A stretch of 62,263 nt of DNA, the filler included, from Candidatus Zapsychrus exili (GTDB lineage: Bacteria; Omnitrophota; Gorgyraeia; Zapsychrales; Zapsychraceae), in assembly GCA_030765585.1 (NCBI GenBank). It is 4 parts of 4 records of this genome, joined end to end, with 100 filler letters (N's around TTAATTAATTAA, not from the genome) between each part and the next. Parts side by side here need not be neighbours in the genome. Positions count along the whole stretch, not along the records: positions 26,682 to 41,292 come from JAVCCJ010000059.1; 3 more parts are not named here. The stretch is one strand, 5' to 3'. Shown here in pieces: positions 31,231 through 41,392 of this stretch (positions are counted from its first letter, which is position 1; every line of letters starts with the position of its first letter). The translations under genes and the position numbers were made by a program. The notes below the pieces were generated by a model. That model had not been told where the DNA came from and made no database searches. It saw only the letters and a program-made list of their open reading frames with translations.

Positions 31231-31537
31231 AGAAGAAAAATATATCTTCGAAGGAAAGATGTTTGCCGTACTTTCCTACCTTTCAATCCTTTGTATTATT
31301 CCTTTAGTTTTTAAAAGAGAAAACTCGTTTGTGCTTAATCACGGAAAACAAGGCCTTGTTATATTTGTCGGAGAGGTTGCTATATTTATTGTGCATATTA
31401 TTTTAGGTCTATGGATTTTACGTATAGGTATGTTTATATTTGGAGTATTCTCTTTTATAGGTATTATTAGTGTTTTAAAAGGTCAAAGTATAAAGCTTCC
31501 GTTAGTTTCAGATATTGCAGATAAAATAATTTTATAA
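31211..31537 (+). CDS. DUF4870-like small membrane protein
   Basis: AVLSYL..L..IPL...FVLNHGKQGL, GII.VLKG...KLPLV. Confidence 0.8.
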   Translation: MTKSSLKEEKYIFEGKMFAVLSYLSILCIIPLVFKRENSFVLNHGKQGLVIFVGEVAIFIVHIILGLWILRIGMFIFGVFSFIGIISVLKGQSIKLPLVSDIADKIIL

Positions 31538-31548
31538 AGCTTAAAATC

Positions 31549-32217
31549 ATGCCAATAGTTGATAATGTTATTGATTCTTTAATTAAATATTTACAAAAGA
31601 AAAAAAGAATACGTAAACGTAAGACAAAGCCTGCAAAGAAAAAAACTGTAAAAAGCCTCGCTTTAAAAAGAACAAAGAAAAAACCTGCCAAAAAGAAGTC
31701 TTCAGTAGTAAAAAAGGAATCTATCAAAAAGAAGGTTGTCAAAAAAAAGGTAGCTAAGAAAAAGGTTGTTGCAAAGAAACCTGCTAGAAAGAAAGTTGTA
31801 AAAAGGAAAACCGTACCTGCAAGAAAAAAGCTTGTTAAGAAAAAGGTACGAAAAAAAGCTGCAAAGAAAAAAGTTGTAAAGAAGAAAGTAATCAAGAAAA
31901 AATCACCTGCAAAGCGTAAGGTAGTCAAGAAAGTATCTTTATCTGTAAAGAAAAGCATTGGTAAGGAGAAAAAATGGGTTGAAATAGGTGAGATAACTCA
32001 TTATTTTTCAAGAATAATGGTAGCAGTGGTTAAAATTACGAAAAAAGACTTAAAAGTAGGCGAAACAATACAAATAAAGGGTAGAATATCAAGTTTTACG
32101 CAAAAGATTAAATCGCTTCAGGTTGAGAGTGTTGATGTAAAAAGCGCTAAAAAGGGTCAATTAGTAGGCCTCCAGATAGATAAACCCGCCAAAGTAGGTA
32201 ACAAAGTACTCAAATAA
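31549..32217 (+). CDS. Histone-H1/Hc2-like Lys-rich protein with C-terminal EF-Tu-domain-II-like barrel
   Basis: KKKVV/KKPA repeats; 'IGEITHYFSRIMVAVV...LKVGETIQIKG...FTQKIKSLQVE...AKKGQLVGL'. Confidence 0.75.
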   Translation: MPIVDNVIDSLIKYLQKKKRIRKRKTKPAKKKTVKSLALKRTKKKPAKKKSSVVKKESIKKKVVKKKVAKKKVVAKKPARKKVVKRKTVPARKKLVKKKVRKKAAKKKVVKKKVIKKKSPAKRKVVKKVSLSVKKSIGKEKKWVEIGEITHYFSRIMVAVVKITKKDLKVGETIQIKGRISSFTQKIKSLQVESVDVKSAKKGQLVGLQIDKPAKVGNKVLK

Positions 32218-32310
32218 TACTATAATCACTCCACATTGCGACATAAAATAGATATATTATGATACTATAGTTCCACTTAACTTATTTTTAAGTAGCATCT
32301 TTTTTATGCA

Positions 32311-32352
32311 TAGGTACCGTACCCCTTTTAGCTAAAAGGGGTACGGTACCTA
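32311..32352. repeat. Perfect 42-bp palindrome
   Basis: TAGGTACCGTACCCCTTTTAG/CTAAAAGGGGTACGGTACCTA. Confidence 0.85.
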
Positions 32353-32599
32353 TATTTGGGTATTATGTTTCACTATCTATTATTTTTCAAAAAAGATTGG
32401 TTTGAGTTCTTTTAGATTCGGTCTGCGCGGACCGAATTCGCCAGGCGCCTGGCGAATTGAGAAATAGGTATTTTAAATCCTAAATGTTTAATACGTAGTT
32501 ATAGCTAGGAAAAATATAAATTTAATAAGTTTTTTGTATTTGATAATAGGTTGCTTGTAAGTTGCTTAAAAGTTTTTAGTATGGTATATTTAGAGTACG

Positions 32600-32791
32600 A
32601 TGAAATTTATGAAGAATAATAAAAATGGACAGAATATCGTAGAATACCTATTAATCTTTTCAATAGTTGTTCTTATTATCTTTATAGCGTTAGGGCCGAA
32701 TGGTTTTATGACAAAATCTATAAAAGACTCTTTGGACACATCTATTTCAGGTATAGAATCAATGGCGAATAATCTTAATTACGAAGAGTAG
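32600..32791 (+). CDS. Flp/type IVb pilin-like protein
   Basis: Class III signal 'KNG|QNIVEYLLIFSIVV' with E+5/Y+6 and hydrophobic helix. Confidence 0.75.
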   Translation: MKFMKNNKNGQNIVEYLLIFSIVVLIIFIALGPNGFMTKSIKDSLDTSISGIESMANNLNYEE

Positions 32792-32804
32792 ATTTATATA
32801 TATA

Positions 32805-32859
32805 AAAAAGGGACAGGTAAGAGATATGTGTTTGCATATCTCTTACCTGTCCCTTTTTT
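32805..32859. terminator. Long hairpin, bidirectional terminator between convergent genes
   Basis: AAAAAGGGACAGGTAAGAGATATG-loop-CATATCTCTTACCTGTCCCTTTTT. Confidence 0.8.
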
Positions 32860-32872
32860 ATTGTATGAAATA

Positions 32873-33118
32873 TTATGGATTTCGCCTTCGCATATCTTTA
32901 AGCTTTTGTTTATTATCTTGTATCATTTTTTTGCGCTGTCTTTCTGTTTCTTCAATGCGCTCCTGCTGCTCTCTTCTAGCATCATAAGTGTCATAATTTA
33001 TAGCTTTCTTAGGAGCTGAGGTTATTTTTGCAAGAATCCTCATTGTTCCAAGAAATAAACCAATTGCGACAATGGTGCCTGTTACTGCTATAACTACTGT
33101 ATCAGAATCAATTTTCAT
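32873..33118 (-). CDS. Small single-TM coiled-coil protein
   Basis: N-terminal TM, charged helical tail. Confidence 0.6.
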   Translation of the reverse strand: MKIDSDTVVIAVTGTIVAIGLFLGTMRILAKITSAPKKAINYDTYDARREQQERIEETERQRKKMIQDNKQKLKDMRRRNP

Positions 33119-33539
33119 GAATGAGAACCTAACTTATGGAGCCGATTTTTTATGAGGTGAATCTGCTTGCCGGCAGGCAGGCATCAAGTTAGCCTGTTTG
33201 AATTTATACTTGATGCTTCTGTGTGATTGCATCAAGTATTTCAATAGGTCATATCTGTGAGGCTGCGGCCCAGCAGCCGAGCAGATGTACTATCTAAAAA
33301 ATATTATAAAACGAAAACTCATTTTAATCAAGCTAACTAATTAAAGTTAATGATGGATAGAAATATCCATTATTGCTATAATATAATAAATTAAACACGA
33401 AATACTAAATTCGAAACTCGAAATAAACTTAAAATAACAAAATAAAATATTCCATGTATTTGTTTTTACTGTTTTGGTTTTGACATTGTTAGGATTTCGA
33501 TATTAGGATTTAGAATTTATTTAACACTTGGAGGTAAAG

Positions 33540-33857
33540 ATGCCGGACAAACATGATTTTCATAAAGATTGGGAAATCGCAAAGAAACATCTTGTAAAAT
33601 TTAGCAAAGAAGCTGTTAAGGTGGCTAAGAAAAGTGAAAAAGAAATATTTAGATTGTCTAAAATAAGTAAGATACAAATTGATTCTACAGCAGCGGGATT
33701 AAAGAAAGAACAGCTTTATTATTTAATAGGAAAAGAATATATTGCGTCAAAAGATCCTGCTAGTAGTGAGAAATTGAAACGTCTCGTCGAAGATCTTGAC
33801 AAATTGACTAAAAAACAGGCTAGTTTAAAAAGTAAGCTTAAAAGTGAAAAGTTATAA
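33540..33857 (+). CDS. Hypothetical helical protein
   Basis: GGAGG RBS before ATG 33540. Confidence 0.65.
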   Translation: MPDKHDFHKDWEIAKKHLVKFSKEAVKVAKKSEKEIFRLSKISKIQIDSTAAGLKKEQLYYLIGKEYIASKDPASSEKLKRLVEDLDKLTKKQASLKSKLKSEKL

Positions 33858-34362
33858 TTTGTATAAGGGCTGTCTTTGCAAAGAGATTGCCCTTAGAACA
33901 ATATTTATTTGTTTTTTTCTAGTGTTATTTTCTAATCTGGCGTTTTGTCAAGAACCTGCCTCAGACATTGATATAACAGAGTATGGAATAAAAGGATATT
34001 CTGAATCTGTTACTATTTTTCCTCCCAGAGAAAAAGAAATACTCAGAAAGTTCCTTAAAAAGGAACTCGTAGATCAGGAGCCTGAAGAGCAAGAACTCAA
34101 AAAGGACATAGTAGAGGTTTTTGTTGCAGGCCAGAAGTTTGATTCAATTAATATTTATAGGGATCAAAAGCTCAAAACAGAGACTTTTGAAGATTTGGCT
34201 GACAATGAGTCTGTCGAAAGCATGATAGAGGAAACTCGTAATCTCCATAAAGAGATATCTGAATATGAAAATGACTTAAGTCAAGATGCTGAAAGCTCTA
34301 AAAAAAGAGATATATTTATAGTTGATCCAAAGAAATTAAAGACAATTATTATAGAAAAGTAG
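33844..34362 (+). CDS. Hypothetical exported protein
   Basis: Hydrophobic N-terminal segment, acidic body; start uncertain. Confidence 0.5.
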   Translation: MKSYNLYKGCLCKEIALRTIFICFFLVLFSNLAFCQEPASDIDITEYGIKGYSESVTIFPPREKEILRKFLKKELVDQEPEEQELKKDIVEVFVAGQKFDSINIYRDQKLKTETFEDLADNESVESMIEETRNLHKEISEYENDLSQDAESSKKRDIFIVDPKKLKTIIIEK

Positions 34363-34452
34363 CTTAGGCTTTAGTTGTCTGATTTAAAGGTCCTCAAAGA
34401 AATGCCTGTCATTAGTTAGAAATTCATGATATAAGAGACCCACTGTTAGCGC

Positions 34453-34481
34453 TTGACTAATACAGAGGGCGATAGTATAAT
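34453..34481 (+). promoter_or_regulatory. Sigma70 promoter of rpsO-pnp
   Basis: TTGACT-N17-TATAAT. Confidence 0.75.
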
Positions 34482-34564
34482 ACCGCACTAATAATTATTA
34501 TATAAGATAATAATAGGTATAAAGAATAAATATAAAGGTTATATATAAACAGGAGGAAATCAAG

Positions 34565-34834
34565 TTGGTTTTAGAAAAACAAGAAAAAACAGATGTAATT
34601 GATAATTTTAAAGTTCATGCTAAAGATACAGGTTCTCCGGCAGTGCAGATTGCGCTTTTGTCAGAGAAGGTTAACTATCTTACAGAGCATTTTAAGGCAC
34701 ACAAAAAGGATTTTCATTCTCGTCGAGGTCTTTTAATGATGATTGGTAAAAGACGTCGTCTTTTGGCCTACCTTAAGAAAACTGATCAAAGCAAGTATCA
34801 AGAAACTATCGAAAAATTAAAACTACGTAAGTAA
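34565..34834 (+). CDS. rpsO: 30S ribosomal protein S15
   Basis: [27 protein letters not shown] start after AGGAGG. Confidence 0.98.
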   Translation: MVLEKQEKTDVIDNFKVHAKDTGSPAVQIALLSEKVNYLTEHFKAHKKDFHSRRGLLMMIGKRRRLLAYLKKTDQSKYQETIEKLKLRK

Positions 34835-34854
34835 AATTAAGTGAGGATATTTTA

Positions 34855-36963
34855 ATGAGTGTAAGCCAAGTAAAGGCCCTGTTAGGGTCTAAAGAAATAA
34901 TAATTGAGACTGGAAAATTAGCAAAACAGGCTAATGCAGCTGTAACGGTAACTTGTGGTGGTACAGTTGTTTTGGTTGCTGTTTGTATGTCAAAAAAACA
35001 TAAGGAAGGTATTGATTTCTTTCCTTTGATGGTTGAATACCAAGAAAAAACTTATGCCGCAGGAAAAATACCTGGCGGATTTTTTAAACGCGAAGGAAGA
35101 CCTACACAAAAAGAGATTTTAACTTGTCGCTGTATAGATAGACCAATAAGACCACTTTTTCCAGAAGGAATGTTTAATGAGGTTGTAGTCACTAATACTG
35201 TTTTAAGCAGTGATGGTGAAAATGATCCGGATATGTTAGCTATTGTTGGAGCATCAGTTGCGCTTCATATATCTGATATTCCGTTTGATGGCCCTATAGG
35301 TGCTTGTCGTGTTGGTTTAGTTGAAGATAAGTTCGTATTAAATCCAACTTATGAAGAAAGAGAAGCAAGTCCTCTGGATTTAGTTGTTGTTGGAGTAAAA
35401 GACGGTATTGTTATGATAGAAGGCGAATGCCTTGAGATACCTGAAGATAAAGTGGGAGAAGCGCTTGTTTTTGCACAAAAAGAACTTCAACCTATTATTG
35501 AAGCTCAAAATAAGTTTAGAGCGGAAGTTGGAAAAGAGAAAAAAGATGTTAAGCTTTTTAATCCTCATCCAGAATTAAAGAACAAAGTTTCTGAGCTTTG
35601 TTTAGATAAAGTTACAAAAGCATATGCAACAGCTGATAAAGAAGAGCGCGAAAGCGCACTTAGCGCAGCTTTAGACGAAGCATTGTCTGATATGAGTATT
35701 TATGATGAATATAAGGCAGAAGGCGCAGAAGAAGTTCCTGCAGGTCATATTAGAATGATGTTTGATAAAATAGAGTATGAAGTGGTGAGAAAATCTATTT
35801 TTGAGAAAGAACTAAGAGCTGATGGTAGAGGACTTAAAGACGTAAGAGAAATCACTTGCGAAATAGATCCACTTCCTCGTACTCATGGTTCAGCATTATT
35901 TACTAGAGGTCAAACTCAAAGTTTAGCTGTTGTAACTCTAGGAACCAAGCGTGATGAACAAATGATAGAGTCTTTAAACGGACTTTCTTATAATAATTTT
36001 ATGCTTCATTATAATTTTCCTGCATTTAGTGTAGGGGAAGCAAGAGGAAGCCGCGGACCTGGAAGAAGAGAAATTGGTCATGGTGCCTTAGCTGCTAAAG
36101 CCCTTAAAGGTGTTATGCCTACTAAGGAAGAATTTCCTTATACTGTTCGTATCGTTTCAGAAACTCTTGAATCAAACGGATCATCTTCGCAGGCAAGTGT
36201 TTGCGCTGGATGTTTAAGTTTGATGGCAGCAGGCGTTCCTATTAAAGCTACAATTGCAGGAATTTCAGTTGGTCTTCTTTTAGGAGAAGGTGGAAAGTAT
36301 TCACTTTTAACTGATATTATGGGGCTTGAAGATCATTTTGGCGATATGGATTATAAAATAGCAGGTTCTAAAAAAGGTATTACTGCTATACAACTTGATC
36401 TTAAGGTAAAAGGCGTTCCTGTTGAAATTTTACTAGAAGGAATACAACAAGCAAGAGAAGCTCGTTTAGAAATTCTAGAAAAAATGGAAGCAACTATTGC
36501 AAAGCCTAAAGAGGACACATCAGAATTTGCTCCTCGTATTGTTACCACAAAAGTACCTCAAGATAAAATTGGTGAGGTAATAGGTCCTGGTGGTAAGGTA
36601 ATTAAGAAAATTATTGAAGAATGCGGAGTTGAATCAGTTGACATAAATGACGAAGGTACAGTATTAGTCGCATCTATGAGCAAAGAATCAGCAGAAAAAG
36701 CATTAGCATATATAAATGGTTTAGTTGAAGTGCCTGTTGTAGGTAAGATTTATGATGCTGTCATAAAAAGAGTTGAAAATTTTGGAGCTTTTTGTGAATA
36801 TCTACCTGGTAAACAAGGCTTAATTCACGTCTCTGAGGTATCAAAAGAATATGTTAAAGATATCAATACAGTAGTTAAGGTTGGAGACGCTATAAAAGTT
36901 AAGCTTTTTGAAATTGACAAGATGAATAGAGTTAACTTGAGTATTAAAAAAGTTGACGATTAG
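34855..36963 (+). CDS. pnp: Polyribonucleotide nucleotidyltransferase
   Basis: GKIPGGFFKREGRP, RREIGHG, ESNGSSS, KH and S1 domains. Confidence 0.98.
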   Translation: MSVSQVKALLGSKEIIIETGKLAKQANAAVTVTCGGTVVLVAVCMSKKHKEGIDFFPLMVEYQEKTYAAGKIPGGFFKREGRPTQKEILTCRCIDRPIRPLFPEGMFNEVVVTNTVLSSDGENDPDMLAIVGASVALHISDIPFDGPIGACRVGLVEDKFVLNPTYEEREASPLDLVVVGVKDGIVMIEGECLEIPEDKVGEALVFAQKELQPIIEAQNKFRAEVGKEKKDVKLFNPHPELKNKVSELCLDKVTKAYATADKEERESALSAALDEALSDMSIYDEYKAEGAEEVPAGHIRMMFDKIEYEVVRKSIFEKELRADGRGLKDVREITCEIDPLPRTHGSALFTRGQTQSLAVVTLGTKRDEQMIESLNGLSYNNFMLHYNFPAFSVGEARGSRGPGRREIGHGALAAKALKGVMPTKEEFPYTVRIVSETLESNGSSSQASVCAGCLSLMAAGVPIKATIAGISVGLLLGEGGKYSLLTDIMGLEDHFGDMDYKIAGSKKGITAIQLDLKVKGVPVEILLEGIQQAREARLEILEKMEATIAKPKEDTSEFAPRIVTTKVPQDKIGEVIGPGGKVIKKIIEECGVESVDINDEGTVLVASMSKESAEKALAYINGLVEVPVVGKIYDAVIKRVENFGAFCEYLPGKQGLIHVSEVSKEYVKDINTVVKVGDAIKVKLFEIDKMNRVNLSIKKVDD

Positions 36964-36974
36964 AAATAAAAATT

Positions 36975-37045
36975 GTAGGGGCGGGCCTTGCGTCCGCCCT
37001 TTTAATAATAATTGTTATTAGGGCGGACGCAAGGCCCGCCCCTAC
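36975..37045. repeat. REPIN: perfect inverted pair of GTAG REPs
   Basis: GTAGGGGCGGGCCTTGCGTCCGCCCT (36975-37000) and its reverse complement (37020-37045). Confidence 0.9.
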
Positions 37046-37071
37046 GTAAGAATCAAACATCCCCAACATCT

Positions 37072-39339
37072 ATGAAACAAGAGCATATTAGCGAAATCAA
37101 AGCTGTTATTATTTTAGCGATTGGCATGATTCTTTTGGCCAGTCTTATTTCATTCTCTCCACAAGATTTATCTTGGTACACTTCTGTGCCAAACAATCCA
37201 GCAAGCAATCTTATTGGGGTAACAGGCGCAACTTTGGCCGGAACTCTTTTATTCTTATTTGGATATAGCTCATATGTTTTGGTTATATTCTTGTTTTTTT
37301 GGAGCTGGAATAAATTTTCATTTCAAGATATAAAATTCTCATTTTTAAAATTTGTAGGCGCACTTATATTTATTTGTGCTATTAGTTCTTTGTTTAGTAT
37401 GCTAGGAAATCAAGATGCCTCTATGCGTTTTGCTCGAGCAGGGATAGCAGGATATTTCATATCAGACTTTCTAATTCAATATATAGGCAGAACAGGTGCG
37501 TATATAATAATTATTGTGCTTGGAACACCGCTTGCATTAATCGTTACGGGAGAATTCTTAGTAACTACTCTTTTTGTAAAACTATTTGAGAAATTAGGAG
37601 AACTGTTTGAAATGTTATCAGGGTATTTGCAGGAAAAAGATTTTAAGTTTTCTAATATTTTTTCAAAAAAAGAAAAGCTCGTTGGTGTAAAGAATAGCAT
37701 ACTAGAGAAAATTTTACGCGTAAAGAATAAAGCAGCATCTAAGGTAGATGAAGAGGAAGAAGAGTGCGAAGAAGAAGATCCTGAAGAAGAGGAAGAAGAT
37801 GAAGAGGAAGAATTTGTCAGATCAAAAGCCAAGCCAAAAATAAATATAGCTTCGAACAGCCAGTCTGAAGATGATGAAGAAGACGAAGATGAGCCAAAGA
37901 TAGTTGGAGAATACAAATTGCCTCCAATGGATTTGCTTGAAGACCCGCCAGTCGTATCAAAAGATAAAATACAAGACGGTTTAATGGATGGGGCAAAACT
38001 GTTAGAAGAAACGCTCGCGAATTTTGGCGTTGTTGCTCGTGTTGCAGATATAGAGCATGGGCCTGTTATCACAAGGTATGAATTAGAACCAGCACCTGGT
38101 GTTAAGGTTCAGAAGTTTACAGCTTTAGCAGATGATATTGCTCTTGTAATGAAAGCACATACTGTGCGTATTGTTGCACCTATACCTGGTAAAAATAGAG
38201 TAGGAATTGAGGTTCCTAATTCTGACTCTAGTTTTGTTTTTCTAAAAGAGGTTTTAATGACGCCTGAATTTAAGAATAGCGATTCAAAGCTTATGATGGC
38301 TTTAGGAAAAGATATATCTGGTTCGCCTATGATCGCTGATTTAGCTGAAATGCCGCATCTTATGATTGCTGGTACAACGGGTAGCGGTAAATCTGTTTGT
38401 GTAAATAGTATTATTATGTCTATGCTTTTAAGGGCATCACCTGATGAAGTTAAGATGGTTATGGTTGATCCAAAGATGGTTGAGCTTGCTCGTTATAATG
38501 GTATACCACATCTATTAAGTCCGACGGTAACAGATCCAAAAAAGGCTGCTTCTGTTTTAGCTTGGGTTGTAGGTGAAATGGAAAATCGTTATAAGAAATT
38601 GTCTAAGGAAGGCGCTCACAATATTAAGGTGTATAATGAAACAGAATTTAGACTTCCATATATTGTTGTTATAATCGATGAGTTAGCAGATCTTATGCAA
38701 GTGTCAGCTAAGAGCGTTGAGAGTTCTATTACAAGAATTGCTCAATTATCGCGTGCAGTAGGAATTCATCTTATACTTGCGACACAGCGTCCATCAGTAG
38801 ATGTTATAACTGGCGTTATTAAGGCAAACTTTCCTGCAAGAATTTCATTTAAAGTAGCGTCTAAGGTTGATTCGCGTACGGTTTTGGATATGAATGGAGC
38901 AGAGGCATTGTTAGGAAAAGGTGATATGCTGCTTATTAAACCTGGAGATGCTAAGCCTGCTCGTGGCCAAGGCAATTTTATAAAAGAAAAAGAAATATCA
39001 AAGGTTATACAATTTATTAAGGATCAGCAAGAAGCATCGTATGATAATAGTATATTAGAAAAACAAAAGAGTGGTGCGATTTTAGGAAGCGATGAAAAGG
39101 ATGAATATTATGATGAGGCGGTTAAACTTGTAGTTGAAACTAATCAGGCGTCTGTTTCAATTTTACAAAGAAGACTTCGGTTAGGATATACACGTGCAGC
39201 AAGATTGATTGATATGATGGAACAAAATGGCATTGTAGGGCCTTATTGCGGAAGCAAGCCAAGGGATATTCTAGTCGACAGACAACAATGGCTAGTTGAA
39301 AATATGTCTGATGAAGACGAGGGAGAAGAAGATGAGTGA
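37072..39339 (+). CDS. ftsK: DNA translocase FtsK
   Basis: 4TM N-terminus, IAGTTGSGKS, IIDELADLM, ATQRPS, gamma domain QRRLRLGYTRAARLID; start moved past REP. Confidence 0.97.
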   Translation: MKQEHISEIKAVIILAIGMILLASLISFSPQDLSWYTSVPNNPASNLIGVTGATLAGTLLFLFGYSSYVLVIFLFFWSWNKFSFQDIKFSFLKFVGALIFICAISSLFSMLGNQDASMRFARAGIAGYFISDFLIQYIGRTGAYIIIIVLGTPLALIVTGEFLVTTLFVKLFEKLGELFEMLSGYLQEKDFKFSNIFSKKEKLVGVKNSILEKILRVKNKAASKVDEEEEECEEEDPEEEEEDEEEEFVRSKAKPKINIASNSQSEDDEEDEDEPKIVGEYKLPPMDLLEDPPVVSKDKIQDGLMDGAKLLEETLANFGVVARVADIEHGPVITRYELEPAPGVKVQKFTALADDIALVMKAHTVRIVAPIPGKNRVGIEVPNSDSSFVFLKEVLMTPEFKNSDSKLMMALGKDISGSPMIADLAEMPHLMIAGTTGSGKSVCVNSIIMSMLLRASPDEVKMVMVDPKMVELARYNGIPHLLSPTVTDPKKAASVLAWVVGEMENRYKKLSKEGAHNIKVYNETEFRLPYIVVIIDELADLMQVSAKSVESSITRIAQLSRAVGIHLILATQRPSVDVITGVIKANFPARISFKVASKVDSRTVLDMNGAEALLGKGDMLLIKPGDAKPARGQGNFIKEKEISKVIQFIKDQQEASYDNSILEKQKSGAILGSDEKDEYYDEAVKLVVETNQASVSILQRRLRLGYTRAARLIDMMEQNGIVGPYCGSKPRDILVDRQQWLVENMSDEDEGEEDE

Positions 39340-40192
39340 TAATAGAGACAACTTAGACTCAGATCAGAAAGAACTTTCTAAAACAAATAGTTCAGATAAT
39401 CTCGAGAAAAAGTCTAAAGGGGAAATACTTAAGAATACAAGAAAAGAAAGAGGTCTTTCTTTAGATATTATTCACGAAGAAACAAAAATCCCAATGGATG
39501 TTCTTCGTGCAATAGAGGAAGGGTATAAGGTAAGGACGATATCTCCTTTTTATCTTAAAGGTTTTTTAAAGATATATGCTAATTATTTAGATGTAGATAT
39601 TAACAATGTGATAGAGGATTATAAAAAAGAAGAATTACCTAAACATATTAAATATACAGAGCCTGGAATAAATATATCTAAAAAGATATCTGAGGTTTTT
39701 ACAAGAAAAAGAAAACAGCAGATTGTATTAGTTGTTGGAGGGCTGATAGCATTGTTCCTTGTTTTTAAGATTCTTATGTTTGTTGTTCATGGCCTAGGCC
39801 CTAAAGAAGGTGTAAAAAAAGTTGCAGTAAGAAATGTTGTTAAAGCAACACAAAAGAAAACTCAAGAGAAGAAGTCCTCACAGCCAGTAGTTAAGTTGTC
39901 GACGAAGAAGTTGTCTTCTAAGAAAGTTCAAAAAAAAATAAATTTGGCTGTTAAGGCAAAGAGAGATAGTTTTCTCCTTGTTAAAGAAGATGGAAAAGAG
40001 GTTTCTCGATCTGTTTTAAGAGCTGGTGCTGTTGAGATGTGGTCAGCAAATGAAGAAATTGAGATATCAGGAAGACATATAAGCAGTTTAGAGCTTGAGT
40101 TAAATGGTAAACTGATAGGTGAATTAGGAAAAGATGATAGAAGAGTTAGGAAAGTTATAATTACAAAAGAAGGTCTATCTGTAACAAAATAA
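39332..40192 (+). CDS. rodZ: RodZ-like protein (HTH + TM + DUF4115)
   Basis: HTH 'ETKIP...AIEEG...YLKGFLKIYANYL', TM; ftsK-rodZ-rimO synteny. Confidence 0.85.
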   Translation: MSDNRDNLDSDQKELSKTNSSDNLEKKSKGEILKNTRKERGLSLDIIHEETKIPMDVLRAIEEGYKVRTISPFYLKGFLKIYANYLDVDINNVIEDYKKEELPKHIKYTEPGINISKKISEVFTRKRKQQIVLVVGGLIALFLVFKILMFVVHGLGPKEGVKKVAVRNVVKATQKKTQEKKSSQPVVKLSTKKLSSKKVQKKINLAVKAKRDSFLLVKEDGKEVSRSVLRAGAVEMWSANEEIEISGRHISSLELELNGKLIGELGKDDRRVRKVIITKEGLSVTK

Positions 40193-40262
40193 GGTTTAAG
40201 GATTAAGGTTCAAGGTATAAGACAACCCCGCACCATATTGGATGTGGGGTAAATTTTTTATT

Positions 40263-41292
40263 ATGAAAAAAACAGTAAATGTGCTTAATTTAGGTTGTGC
40301 CAGAAATTTGGTAGATTCTCAATCAATTCTAGGTAATTTAAAAAGAAAAGGTTATAGTGCCTCTGATTTAGAGGATGCAGAAACTGTTATAGTGAACACT
40401 TGCGGATTTATTGAGGATGCTAAAAAAGAATCTGTAGAAGCTATTTTAGAGTTAATTGATTTAAAAAAAGAGGGTAAGATAAAGAAAATTATTGTAGCTG
40501 GGTGTTTGTCCCAAAGATATAGCAATGAATTGTTAGAAGAATTTAAGGGCGATGTTGATGCTATTATAGGTGCGCAAAAGTTAGACAGCAAAGCTGTTGA
40601 GCCAGAAGTGTCTTTGACGCCTAAGCATTTTGCTTATATTAAAATTTGTGAAAGTTGTTATAACAATTGCAAGTTTTGTACTATTCCTATGATAAAAGGA
40701 AAATTTATATCAAGGACAATGGAGTCTATCATAGAACAGGTGAAAGAACTTGATAAGAGTGGGGTTTGCGAACTCAATATTATAGGTCAAGATATTACAG
40801 CTTATGGTATGGATATATATAAAAAACCAAGTCTTTCAGAATTGTTAAAGAAAATAGCAAAAGAAACAAAGAACATTAAATGGATTAGACTCCTGTATAC
40901 ATTTCCAGCGCATATTACCGACGAGTTAATCGATACAATAGCAGAAGAGGATAAAATCTGTAAATATATAGATATTCCGTTGCAGCATATAAACGATAAT
41001 ATTTTAACTGCTATGAATAGAAAAATAACAAAGCAGCAAACAATTGATTTGATAAAAAAGATAAGAGAGCGCATACCTTTTGCTCGCCTGCGTACTACAA
41101 TGATAGTTGGTTTACCTGGCGAAGGCGAAGATGAATTTTCTGAACTTCTTAGTTTTACCCAAGACATGAAATTTGAAAGATTAGGCGCATTTATGTATTC
41201 TAGAGAAGAAGGCACGGCAAGTTATGATATGGCAAATCAAGTATCAAAAGAAACAAAACAAGTAAGATATAATGAATTAATGGAATTGCAGA
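40263..41292 (+). CDS. rimO: Ribosomal protein S12 methylthiotransferase RimO (3' truncated by gap)
   Basis: LGCARNLVDS, VNTCGFI, CxxxCxFC, YIDIPLQH, YSREEGT. Confidence 0.93.
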
Positions 41293-41392
41293 NNNNNNNN
41301 NNNNNNNNNNNNNNNNNNNNNNNNNNNNNNNNNNNNTTAATTAATTAANNNNNNNNNNNNNNNNNNNNNNNNNNNNNNNNNNNNNNNNNNNN
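41293..41392. other. Assembly gap with linker
   Basis: N runs plus TTAATTAATTAA. Confidence 0.99.

Noticed and set aside
31467..31958. Phe-rich minus-strand ORF
   Set aside because: Antisense shadow of the Lys-rich gene
37476..38072. Ser-rich minus-strand ORF
   Set aside because: Antisense shadow of the acidic FtsK linker; other antisense ORFs over long genes were rejected likewise
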